In this document: positions 15,892 to 24,152 of the stretch, in pieces
Numbering within the stretch: position 1 is the first letter of the stretch
Layout: every line of letters begins with the position of its first letter
Source: Candidatus Peribacter riflensis
GTDB taxonomy: Bacteria > Patescibacteriota > Gracilibacteria > Peribacterales > Peribacteraceae
Direction of reading: 5' to 3'
NCBI GenBank assembly: GCA_001430755.1
Contig: CP013062.1
Coordinates: 960,001-992,000, forward strand
Length of the DNA: 32,000 nt
Position numbers and translations under genes: made by a program
Notes under the pieces: model-generated
What the model was told of the DNA's origin: nothing
Databases searched by the model: none
Seen by the model: only the letters and a program-made list of their open reading frames with translations

Positions 15892-16002
15892 TTAGCGGGA
15901 ACCGCGGCGGCACCGCTTTCGCGGCGCCTTTTTGGCACCATCCTTGCAGGAACACTTCTGCAGGATGTGCCCACACCGTGAGCACCTAATTTTGCGGCTC
16001 AT
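15892..16002 (-). CDS. 36-aa Cys-rich, strongly basic microprotein (zinc-knuckle-like)
   Basis: MSRKIRCSRCGHILQKCSCKDGAKKAPRKRCRRGSR. It has the best Shine-Dalgarno sequence in the window (GGAGAAAGGAG, 6 nt before the ATG) and its own downstream hairpin. Confidence 0.55.
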   Translation of the reverse strand: MSRKIRCSRCGHILQKCSCKDGAKKAPRKRCRRGSR

Positions 16003-16326
16003 GGTAACTCCTTTCTCCTGCTCTTCCTTTATGAGCAGGTCAGAGATCATAGTGGAATGAAAGATCAGGGAAGCACCCACTCTCTTTGAGGAGAGAAGGA
16101 TGCGCATCATTCTACGGGGTTTCCTTCACGCGCCCTTCTCTGCTGTAAGGCAGGGAATGGAAAACGGGCGGAGGACGTACTGCTGCAGCATGACAGAAGG
16201 TAATGTAAACATTACATCCCCGCCTGTCAAGAATGATCTGAATAGGCCATTGGAACTGCATCCTGTTCGATAAAACACAAACATAACCGGTTCGAAACAA
16301 AACAGCATACAAAAATCTACGGAAAC

Positions 16327-16412
16327 GCGCCTATGTGGCGGCGATAGCGGAGGGGGTCATAGGCGCAGCGCTTTCTTTCGTCCTTTCTTTGTCGCGCCTG
16401 ACAAAGAAAGGA
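16327..16412 (-). terminator. Two tandem hairpins downstream of ahcY
   Basis: GCGCCTATG-N22-CATAGGCGC (16327-16366) and TCCTTTCTTTGT-N8-ACAAAGAAAGGA (16381-16412). The second shares the CTTTGTCGCG...ACAAAG core with the 8494-8517 palindrome. Confidence 0.45.
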
Positions 16413-16445
16413 CAAGAATGAATAGTGCAGTAGAACATGAGCAAC

Positions 16446-17696
16446 TCACGTTCCTTCCTCCCAACTGCTGAGGTACTTCACCTGTTCCGGCGTAAGCGTA
16501 TCGATGGTGAGCCCCATGGCTGTCAGTTGCAGAGCGGCGATCTCCTGATCGATTGCCTCCGGCAGAGTGATCACCTCTTTGGGCATCTTGCCGCGATTCT
16601 TCACAAGGTACTCGCACGCCAGTGCCTGCCCGCAGAAACTCAAGCTCATCACCTCGCTCGGATGACCCTCGGCCGAAGCCAGGTTCACCAGCCTCCCCTC
16701 GCCCGCCACATAGACCACTTTGCCTGATTTGAGCAGGTACTCGTCCAGGTAGTGCCGCACACGCCGCTTTCTCTTGGCGGCCTTCTCGAGCGCAGCCACG
16801 TCAATTTCGTGATCAAAATGTCCGGAGTTCGCCAGCACCGCCCCGTCTTTCATGCGCTCGATGTGCTCCAGACGAATGACGTGAATGTCACCCGTCACGG
16901 TGATGAAGAGATCACCGAGAGGCGCAGCCTGCGCCATGGGCATCACCTGGAATCCGTCCATGGCCGCCTGCAGTGCCGGAACCGTCGCCACTTCGGTGAC
17001 GATCACTTTTGATCCCAGTGCACGTGCGCGCAGGGCAACGCCCTTGCCGCAGCTGCCATAGCCGAGCACCACCACAGTTTTGCCCGCGAAGAGCAGATTC
17101 GTGGAGCGCAGAATGCCATCCAATGTGGATTGGCCGGTGCCGTAGTAGTTGTCAAAGAGGTGCTTGGTCTTGTTGTCGTTCACGGCGATCACCGGCATCT
17201 TGAGAGCGCCGTCCTTCGCCATGGCGCGCAAGCGATTCACGCCCGTCGTCGTCTCTTCGCAGGCTCCGATAACCTTTTCGAGGAGGTGCGGATGCTCTTT
17301 GTGGATGAGGGAGATCAGGTCACAACCGTCATCGATGGTCAGATCAGGCTCGGCTTCGAGCACGGCCCTGAGGAATTTGTAGTAATCCTCACGGCTCTCA
17401 CCTTTGTACGCCCACACGAGCACACCCTCCTCCGCGAGCGCGGCGGCCACGTCATCCTGCGTGCTCAGAGGATTGCACCCCGTAATGGCCACCTTCGCGC
17501 CACCCGCAACGAGTGTGCGGACGAGCACGCCTGTCTCTTTCGTGACATGGAGCGCCATGCCAATGGTAAGACCTTTGAAGATCTGGGATTTTTTGAAGCG
17601 TTCGCGCAGTGTGAGCAGCGCAGCCATGTTGCGCTCCGCAATTTCGAGATTCATGCGCCCCTGGGGGGCGAGGGAGGGATCTTTGACGTGCGACAT
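16446..17696 (-). CDS. ahcY: Adenosylhomocysteinase (S-adenosyl-L-homocysteine hydrolase)
   Basis: 416 aa from ATG 17696. Motifs NLEIAERNMAAL, ITGCNPLSTQDDVAAAL, DDGCDL, EETTTGV, GKTVVVLGYGSCGKG and NSGHFDHEID. Confidence 0.92.
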   Translation of the reverse strand: MSHVKDPSLAPQGRMNLEIAERNMAALLTLRERFKKSQIFKGLTIGMALHVTKETGVLVRTLVAGGAKVAITGCNPLSTQDDVAAALAEEGVLVWAYKGESREDYYKFLRAVLEAEPDLTIDDGCDLISLIHKEHPHLLEKVIGACEETTTGVNRLRAMAKDGALKMPVIAVNDNKTKHLFDNYYGTGQSTLDGILRSTNLLFAGKTVVVLGYGSCGKGVALRARALGSKVIVTEVATVPALQAAMDGFQVMPMAQAAPLGDLFITVTGDIHVIRLEHIERMKDGAVLANSGHFDHEIDVAALEKAAKRKRRVRHYLDEYLLKSGKVVYVAGEGRLVNLASAEGHPSEVMSLSFCGQALACEYLVKNRGKMPKEVITLPEAIDQEIAALQLTAMGLTIDTLTPEQVKYLSSWEEGT

Positions 17697-17790
17697 GGCT
17701 CCAGCGTAGCGAAAAATCCGGACGAGTTCATGCAAAACTGTCATGAAAAACAGAATGGTTCCATTGGCGGCTATTCCGGATCTTCATCCA

Positions 17791-18744
17791 TCACGCCTGA
17801 ACGGTGGGCAACGCTCCCCCGTATGCCCGCTCTGCCCGTGCCCAGAGTTCTTCTCTATCAAACGTATCCATCAGCGTTCCCTCCTGTTCCACCACCTTCG
17901 ACCCCATGGCCGCACCCAGTTTGGCGGCAGTGGTCATGTCCCATCCCCGTGACAAGCCGAAGAGGAGCCCCGCACGGAACGCATCGCCTGCACCCGTGGG
18001 ATCGACCACGCAATCAGGCTTGCAAGCGGGTAACGTCACCGTTCCATCTTTTGAAAGCAGCGTGACGCCCTTCTCACCGTGCGTGATGATGACGAGCGGC
18101 GCGAGGGCAAGAACCGACTTCTCGTTCGCCTTCAGCGCCTCTTTGAGCAGACTCCATTCGTAGTCATTCACAATCACTCCCGCACTCATTTTTGTGAGGC
18201 GCTTCAGCTCATCCGCACTGAAAGCAATCACCTGCTGTCCGGGGTCGAAGAACACCGGCACTTTCTGCTGCGCGCACCAGAGCATCCCCGTAGTCATCTG
18301 CCGCGTATCGCGCGGACTCACAATGCCGTAGGCAAGATCATCACGCTCGTCCACCAGATCCGGCCACGTGCCATGCGCATCCGCACCAGGATGAAAGAAC
18401 GTGATCTGGCACTCCTTTTGATCTGTGCCAATGATGGCCGTGGCGGTCACATGTTCTTTCTGCTCTTCAATGTATGTGACGGTGATACCACGCTCGGCAA
18501 GCAGGGCCTTGTACGGTCCTCCGTCGGAACCGACGGTGCCCACCACCAACGGATCACCGCCGAGCAGCTTAAGATTCCATGCGATATTGGCCGCCGTGCC
18601 GCCGTGATGGCGCGCAAAGCGTGGCGAGAAGAACGAAAGCGAGAGATGTTGGAGAGATTTGGGATCGATGGCATCGGCAAAGGAGCCCTCGTAGCCGAGA
18701 AGGACGTCATACGCGATGGAGCCAGTGATGAGGATTTTTCTCAT
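17791..18744 (-). CDS. PfkB-family carbohydrate/adenosine kinase
   Basis: 317 aa. HGGTAANIAWNLKLLG is the N-terminal PfkB motif and DPTGAGDAFRAGLLFG is the C-terminal catalytic motif. It sits directly upstream of ahcY on the same strand. Confidence 0.85.
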   Translation of the reverse strand: MRKILITGSIAYDVLLGYEGSFADAIDPKSLQHLSLSFFSPRFARHHGGTAANIAWNLKLLGGDPLVVGTVGSDGGPYKALLAERGITVTYIEEQKEHVTATAIIGTDQKECQITFFHPGADAHGTWPDLVDERDDLAYGIVSPRDTRQMTTGMLWCAQQKVPVFFDPGQQVIAFSADELKRLTKMSAGVIVNDYEWSLLKEALKANEKSVLALAPLVIITHGEKGVTLLSKDGTVTLPACKPDCVVDPTGAGDAFRAGLLFGLSRGWDMTTAAKLGAAMGSKVVEQEGTLMDTFDREELWARAERAYGGALPTVQA

Positions 18745-18793
18745 GAGCAGACCTAGTGTGCCGGTAAAGGGGTGGAGAGCAAAGGCCTAGCAA

Positions 18794-18878
18794 AGGGAAC
18801 TCGGATTCGGGAATGAGGGAACTAGGTTCGTTTTTCAGGCCGATTTCCCTATTTCCCGAGTTCCCCATTTCCCTATCC
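18794..18878. repeat. Two-armed tandem-unit inverted repeat in the divergent pfkB/ugd promoter region
   Basis: Left arm AGGGAACTCGGATTCGGGAATGAGGGAACTAGG. Right arm CGATTTCC-CTATTTCC-CGAGTTCC-CCATTTCC-CTATCC (8-nt period). GGGAACTCGG (18795-18804) is exactly complementary to CCGAGTTCCC (18856-18865). Four C3+ tracts lie at 18847-18873. Confidence 0.85.
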
Positions 18879-18921
18879 AAACCACTGACAGAAGCACCAA
18901 TACCAGCTAAGCTGGCTCCAC

Positions 18922-20232
18922 GTGAAAATCACGATTGTCGGTACCGGCTACGTCGGCCTCGTTTCCGCAGCCTGCTTCGCGGAACTGGGACATGAGGTAA
19001 TCGGCGTGGATATCGACGCAGCCAAGGTGAAGAAGCTCAAGAGCGGACAAAGCCCCATCTACGAACCGGGGCTCGAAGAGCTGCTCCTCCGCAATCTGCA
19101 GAGCGGCCGCCTGTCATTCACCACGCAACTCGCCGAGGCGCTGCCGGAGTGCAAGGTGCTCTTCTGCGCCGTGGCGACGCCACCGAATGAGGACCACACT
19201 GCCGATTTGCGCGCCGTCTTCAGCGTCTGCGACGGCGTGGCGGAACTCATCGATCACGATCTGGTTTTCGTCAATAAATCCACGGTCCCCGTGGGAACGG
19301 GCCATGAGTGTGAAAAACGCATCGCCGCCCGGCTCACCAAACGGAAGAAGAAGCTCCACATTCCAGTCATTTCGAATCCTGAATTCCTGCGCGAAGGTTC
19401 AGCCGTGGGCGACACCCTGCGGCCCGACCGCATTATTGTGGGCATCAACGGCGACGAAAAGGCGCGCGAACTGATGGAGGAGCTCTACCAGCCCCTCGTG
19501 CGCACCGAGCGCCCCTTAGTCTTCATGAGCCGCGAGAGCGCCGAGATCGTGAAGTACGCCAGCAACGCTTTCCTCGCAACGAAGATCTCTTTCGTGAACA
19601 TGCTCACCGAACTCTGCGAAATGACGGAAGGATCCATCCGCGACGTGGCAAAAGGCATCGGTCTGGATGAGCGCATCGGTCCGCGCTTCCTCCATGCGGG
19701 CATCGGCTACGGAGGCAGCTGTTTCCCCAAAGATGTGAAGGCCCTGCTCGCCATCGGGAAGAAACTCGACCTCTCGCTTCCCATCATCCAGGCCACACAG
19801 GATGTGAATGCCCGCCAGCGTGAACGCTTCTTCCAGAAGCTGCTCAATGCCATCCCCACAAATGCGTCCATCGGCATCTGGGGGCTCTCGTTCAAGCCCA
19901 ATACCGACGACATGCGCGAGGCCCCGAGCCTGGATCTGATCCCCATGCTCCTCAACATGAGTCACATCGTCCGCGCCTTTGACCCTGTGGCCATGGAGAA
20001 CGCCGCAAAGGTGCTCCCGAAAGAGGTGGTGTATGTGCATACGCCGCTCGAGGCGGCCAAGGATGCCGACGCCGTCATCCTGCTCACGGAGTGGGATGTG
20101 TTCCGCGGAGTCGACCTGAAGGAACTGAAGGCGACCATGCGCGGCCGGCTGCTCTTCGACGGGCGCAACGTCTACGATCCGGAGGAAATCCGCGAAGCCG
20201 GGTTCACCTACCAGGGCATCGGAGTGAAGTAA
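18922..20232 (+). CDS. ugd: UDP-glucose 6-dehydrogenase
   Basis: 436 aa with a GTG start. MKITIVGTGYVGLV Rossmann motif, NPEFLREGSA, GGSCFPKD catalytic Cys motif, and a C-terminal UDP-binding domain. Confidence 0.92.
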   Translation: MKITIVGTGYVGLVSAACFAELGHEVIGVDIDAAKVKKLKSGQSPIYEPGLEELLLRNLQSGRLSFTTQLAEALPECKVLFCAVATPPNEDHTADLRAVFSVCDGVAELIDHDLVFVNKSTVPVGTGHECEKRIAARLTKRKKKLHIPVISNPEFLREGSAVGDTLRPDRIIVGINGDEKARELMEELYQPLVRTERPLVFMSRESAEIVKYASNAFLATKISFVNMLTELCEMTEGSIRDVAKGIGLDERIGPRFLHAGIGYGGSCFPKDVKALLAIGKKLDLSLPIIQATQDVNARQRERFFQKLLNAIPTNASIGIWGLSFKPNTDDMREAPSLDLIPMLLNMSHIVRAFDPVAMENAAKVLPKEVVYVHTPLEAAKDADAVILLTEWDVFRGVDLKELKATMRGRLLFDGRNVYDPEEIREAGFTYQGIGVK

Positions 20233-20293
20233 GGGAAAAGGGCGGACAAATAACCTTTGCAGGCACTTTAGGTGAACGTACACTCCCTCTCTT

Positions 20294-20866
20294 ATGGTGG
20301 AAAAAAACAAGCTCCCCGAAGGGCTCTCAGACGACACCGTCGCCGGTGCGCTCGCACGGCGAAAGGCCTTGCTGAATGTGGAGAAGTTCACTGACTGGGA
20401 ACGACTCCAGATACAAACCTGTATGTTGGGAGTTCCCACGACGGAGGCACGTGCTACTGACAAGATCACCTCGCAACAACTCTTCCGTCGGCAGTATCCT
20501 GAACGCCAAAAACTCAGAGCCGCCATAGAAAGCGCCACGGGGTCCCTCACGCTGTACTGCTCGCGCAAAGCGTCTGCCAAGTCTCAGCTGAAGATAACCG
20601 CTCCCGCCACTTCAGCTGCTCCCTCCATAGAAACAATAGTCGTGCACCGTCTCCCGGATGCAAATTGGGTAGAACCGAAGAATGGCCACTACATCACGCC
20701 GTCATTCCCTTGGGCACAGATTCTCGAGGATGAATTGCAGTGGCGCATCGAAGAGCAGGCCAAAAGCCAAGGTTCCCTTGAGGGAACCTCTCCAGAGAAG
20801 CCCGCAGAACCCCGTACAGGACTCTTCACCGGAGCGATTGCGAAGGTATTGGGAAGAACCGGCTGA
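20294..20866 (+). CDS. Hypothetical protein (orphan, atypical codon usage)
   Basis: 190-aa ORF filling the ugd-epimerase gap on the same strand. No recognisable motif. It has more A/T-ending codons (ATA, AGA, CAA, GAA) than its neighbours. Confidence 0.45.
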   Translation: MVEKNKLPEGLSDDTVAGALARRKALLNVEKFTDWERLQIQTCMLGVPTTEARATDKITSQQLFRRQYPERQKLRAAIESATGSLTLYCSRKASAKSQLKITAPATSAAPSIETIVVHRLPDANWVEPKNGHYITPSFPWAQILEDELQWRIEEQAKSQGSLEGTSPEKPAEPRTGLFTGAIAKVLGRTG

Positions 20867-20885
20867 GATTGCTACACTGCCATTG

Positions 20886-21833
20886 ATGAAAGTTCTCCTC
20901 ACTGGCTCCGCCGGCTTCATCGGATTCCACACGGCCAAAGTGCTCCTCGCCCGCGGCGACGAGGTGATCGGGCTGGATAACTTCAATCCGTACTACGACC
21001 CCAAGCTCAAAGAGGATCGCAATGCGCAACTGATCAAGGATAAAAAGTTCACCCTCATCCGCGGCGATATCTGCGATCGCAAGACCGTCGCCAAGGCGAT
21101 GAAGGGCTGTGACCGCGTCTGTCACCTCGCGGCACTCGCAGGCGTGCGCTACGCCTTCGACCATCCGGACGAGTACATCGATATCAACATCCGCGGGTTC
21201 TTCAATGTGCTCGAGGAGGCGCGGCTGCAGAAGATTCCCGGCTTCATCTACGCATCATCGAGCTCCGTCTACGGCGGCAATACCAAGATGCCGCTCGCCG
21301 AGACCGATCGCACCGATAACCAACTCTCGCTCTACGGCATGAATAAGAAAGATAACGAGCTCATGGCGCACGTGTACCACTCGCTCTACGGCATTCCGGT
21401 GACGGGGCTGCGGTTTTTCACTGTCTACGGCCCCTGGGGCCGCCCCGATATGGCGCTCTTCGAGTTCACGGATGAGGTTTTGCACGATCGCCCACTCGAT
21501 ATCTTCGGGCACGGTAAAATGCAGCGCGACTTCACCTACATCGACGATATTGTCTCTGGAGTCGTGGCCTCGCTCGACAAGAACTATCCCGAAGAGGTCT
21601 TCAATTTGGGATGCGGTAAGACGGAAGAACTGATGGATTACGTGAAAGGCATCGAACAGGCTTGCGGAAAAGAGGCGAAGAAAGAATTCCTTCCCATGCA
21701 ACCGGGCGATGTGGTGCGCACGGAGGCGGATATCGCGAAAGCGAGGAAGATGCTGGGCTTCAGCCCCAAGACACAGATCAAAGACGGCATCCCGAAGTTC
21801 GTTGAATGGTATCGCAAGTACTACGACCTTTAG
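20886..21833 (+). CDS. UDP-glucuronate 4-epimerase (NAD-dependent epimerase/dehydratase, extended SDR)
   Basis: 315 aa. MKVLLTGSAGFIGFH, NFNPYYDPKLKEDR, SSSSVYG, YGMNKKDNELMAHVY (YxxxK) and RFFTVYGPWGRPDMA are typical of the Cap1J/LpsL-type UDP-GlcA epimerase group. Confidence 0.85.
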   Translation: MKVLLTGSAGFIGFHTAKVLLARGDEVIGLDNFNPYYDPKLKEDRNAQLIKDKKFTLIRGDICDRKTVAKAMKGCDRVCHLAALAGVRYAFDHPDEYIDINIRGFFNVLEEARLQKIPGFIYASSSSVYGGNTKMPLAETDRTDNQLSLYGMNKKDNELMAHVYHSLYGIPVTGLRFFTVYGPWGRPDMALFEFTDEVLHDRPLDIFGHGKMQRDFTYIDDIVSGVVASLDKNYPEEVFNLGCGKTEELMDYVKGIEQACGKEAKKEFLPMQPGDVVRTEADIAKARKMLGFSPKTQIKDGIPKFVEWYRKYYDL

Positions 21834-21930
21834 GGATTAGGGGTTGGGGATTAGTGTATTAGGAAACCTTGAAAAGAAGGTTTTTATTTGGCCCTAATCC
21901 CCAAGATTCCAATCCCTCATCCCTCATCCC
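21832..21930. repeat. Two-armed G3/C3-tract inverted repeat between convergent genes
   Basis: Left arm AGGGATTAGGGGTTGGGGATTAG starts inside the TAG stop of the epimerase. Right arm CCCTAATCCCC...CCCTCATCCCTCATCCC contains the TGA stop of the GT-C gene (minus strand). GGGGATTAG is complementary to CTAATCCCC. Confidence 0.85.
21864..21889 (+). terminator. Rho-independent terminator nested at the centre of the repeat
   Basis: AAACCTT-GAAAAG-AAGGTTT followed by TTATTT. Confidence 0.6.
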
Positions 21931-23128
21931 TTAGTAACGGTCTCACCCACACCTCCACCGGAACGTTCTCAAGCCGTTGCCAGCCCTCCCGCTTACGCAC
22001 ATCCGGGCAATCGGCAAGACACACGGCGATACGCGCGGAATCGATGAGGTGATAATTCGTCACATATCGACGGATGAGGTAGGGACCAGCCTCCTGCCAT
22101 TCGTGTCCGAAGGACCCTGCAATAATCGCTGTCGCCCCGACGGGTACGTTGGCCGCCTGTGCCTGCGCAAAGACCGCCGGAGCCGGAGAGGGCTGACTGC
22201 GGGGATAGGCGAACGGAATGAGAATGAAGCCACAGAGGAGCGATGAGAGTACGACCATCGCAGGCCGACGCATCAATGCCGGCGCTGAAGCCAAACCGGC
22301 AACGAGGAGCGGAGCGAAGAGGATGGCATAGTACGGCCGGAACGAGACGAAGATGAACAGGCCGACGAGCAGCAGGCTCGCCACAAGTGACCAGCGCCGC
22401 GACAGGACCATGCCGAGCGTGCCGAGGACGCTCAAGACCAGGCTCCCACCGAGCACCCAGAGCCACACCGTGCCGCGAAGAGCGAAAATCATCGTCCCGC
22501 CATCTAGATTCTGCCGCCCTGCCGTCACCATGCTCGCGAATGTCAGAGGATTGGTTGCGGTGTAGAGGAGGAGCAGAAGTATGGGACCGAAAAGACCGGA
22601 AAGACGCTGCCACTTGGGTAAGCGCATGCGCCAGAACACGACGGCCACCACCGGGAAGAAGAGGATCGCCTGATAGGCCGTGAAGAGAGAGGCCATCCAG
22701 AGGAGTGCCACCCACCCGATCATGGGCTCAAGTTCTTCGCCTTTGAGGAGCCAGTAGCAGAAGACCAGCATCTGCAGGGCCGTAATGGGAGCGAGGAGGA
22801 TTTGCCCGGCAGAGACAAAGACGCCGGCGGAGAGCACCCACAGGCTCATGAGGAGCAGGGGGGATGACGGCACGTGTTTGGGAGCGAGACCGCGCGAAAT
22901 CCACGCCGCCTGCAAAAGTGAAACGGCGAGGACAATGCGCCAGAGATACTCCTGCCCCGGAATCCACTGCGTCAGACCTATGAACCAGCGTGCGAGCGGG
23001 GGATGAGGATAGGGAATGTTGAGCAGATATTTCGCCTCATCGGTGGTCACCCCATGCCAGACATGGAGCACTGCCAGCACGACAGCGAGCAGCAGGAGGC
23101 CGAAGGCGGGATTTATAAAGCGTCGCAT
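21917..23128 (-). CDS. Polytopic membrane glycosyltransferase, GT-C fold (ArnT/PMT/GT39-like)
   Basis: 403 aa from ATG 23128 with roughly 10 hydrophobic helices. An acidic motif in the first external loop (TTDEAKYLLNIPYPHPPL) is typical of GT-C enzymes. It overlaps the stop of the upstream GT2 gene by 16 nt. Confidence 0.65.
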   Translation of the reverse strand: MRRFINPAFGLLLLAVVLAVLHVWHGVTTDEAKYLLNIPYPHPPLARWFIGLTQWIPGQEYLWRIVLAVSLLQAAWISRGLAPKHVPSSPLLLMSLWVLSAGVFVSAGQILLAPITALQMLVFCYWLLKGEELEPMIGWVALLWMASLFTAYQAILFFPVVAVVFWRMRLPKWQRLSGLFGPILLLLLYTATNPLTFASMVTAGRQNLDGGTMIFALRGTVWLWVLGGSLVLSVLGTLGMVLSRRWSLVASLLLVGLFIFVSFRPYYAILFAPLLVAGLASAPALMRRPAMVVLSSLLCGFILIPFAYPRSQPSPAPAVFAQAQAANVPVGATAIIAGSFGHEWQEAGPYLIRRYVTNYHLIDSARIAVCLADCPDVRKREGWQRLENVPVEVWVRPLLRDEG

Positions 23129-24102
23129 GGGGACCAGGCGAAGTATTCGAATCCGACGCGGATACACCGCGCGGATACATTGGATCGTCCGTGAGGATGG
23201 TGTATGAGCTCGATACGCGTAGATTCAACACGACGGAGAGAAAGATCTGAAATGAGCCACCCTTCTGTATCGGAGAGCGATTGCATCGCCGCTCTCGTTC
23301 GATCACGCACTTGCGGGTCGAGCACGAGGAGTCGCAAATGCCACGCGCGCACCGAAAGGAAAATCCCAATTCCGATGATGAGGATAAGAAAGAGCACCCA
23401 AGCGACACGCGCCCACCGATGCAGAAAGAGCGAAAGCAGTGAGCAACCGAAATCCCACTGCACGCTGAGCGAAAGTTTGCTCGTGCCCACCGCGCGCGGC
23501 GCGAAGGTGTAGGGAATCTCCGTGACGGGGGTGCCGCGCGGCAACCGCATGAGAAGATCGAACAGGATCTTGAAACCGCGGGGATGGAACTGCGGCGCAA
23601 TCCGCTCGAAGAGCGAACGATCGATGGCAAAGAAGCCGCTCATGGGATCGCGCACGGACAGGCGACAGAGCAGGGTGGTCACCTTCGTGCCCACACGGCT
23701 CAGGAGGGTGCGGCGGCGGTTCCACTGTCCCGTGCTCCCGCCTGCGATGTAGCGCGAAGCCACGGCAACCCCCCGACGAACCTGTACGGTCTCGACGAGT
23801 TTCTTTAAGAGGGAGGCATCGTGCTGCCCGTCGGCGTCCATCACGGCAAGAATCTCGCCGCGCGCCGCTTTGAACCCCTCCACGACTGCCGAGGAAAGCC
23901 CGCGCTCCCCGCGCCGCCTGATCACCCGGAGTGACGGAAATGACGTCTGCAATTCCTCCGCCTTGCGCCAGGTGCCGTCCGGTGAATCATCGTCGACAAT
24001 GATGATCTCATGCGGCATTCCCGTGAGCGCCGTTGCGATGCGCGGCAGCAGAACCGGCAGACTTTCCGCCTCGTTGTACGTGGGAATAATAAGCGACAAC
24101 AT
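23113..24102 (-). CDS. Polyprenyl-phosphate glycosyltransferase, GT2 (Dpm1/ArnC/GtrB-like) with C-terminal TM segment
   Basis: 329 aa from ATG 24102. LIIPTYNEAESL, IIIVDDDSPDGT, VMDADGQHD (DxD region) and RDPMSGFFA, followed by the TM helix VAWVLFLILIIGIGIFL. Confidence 0.85.
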   Translation of the reverse strand: MLSLIIPTYNEAESLPVLLPRIATALTGMPHEIIIVDDDSPDGTWRKAEELQTSFPSLRVIRRRGERGLSSAVVEGFKAARGEILAVMDADGQHDASLLKKLVETVQVRRGVAVASRYIAGGSTGQWNRRRTLLSRVGTKVTTLLCRLSVRDPMSGFFAIDRSLFERIAPQFHPRGFKILFDLLMRLPRGTPVTEIPYTFAPRAVGTSKLSLSVQWDFGCSLLSLFLHRWARVAWVLFLILIIGIGIFLSVRAWHLRLLVLDPQVRDRTRAAMQSLSDTEGWLISDLSLRRVESTRIELIHHPHGRSNVSARCIRVGFEYFAWSPCDAL

Positions 24103-24152
24103 CAGGAGGCAGTGTAGCGAGTAGGAGTGATTGATGTCAGCGATTTCCTCAA

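Noticed and set aside
17697-18921. An SAH riboswitch upstream of ahcY or of the pfkB-ahcY operon.
   Set aside because: The ahcY-proximal gap is under 100 nt. The operon leader contains the tandem-unit repeat rather than anything resembling the GAGGAGCGCUGC...CAGGCUCGG core I recall for SAH riboswitches.
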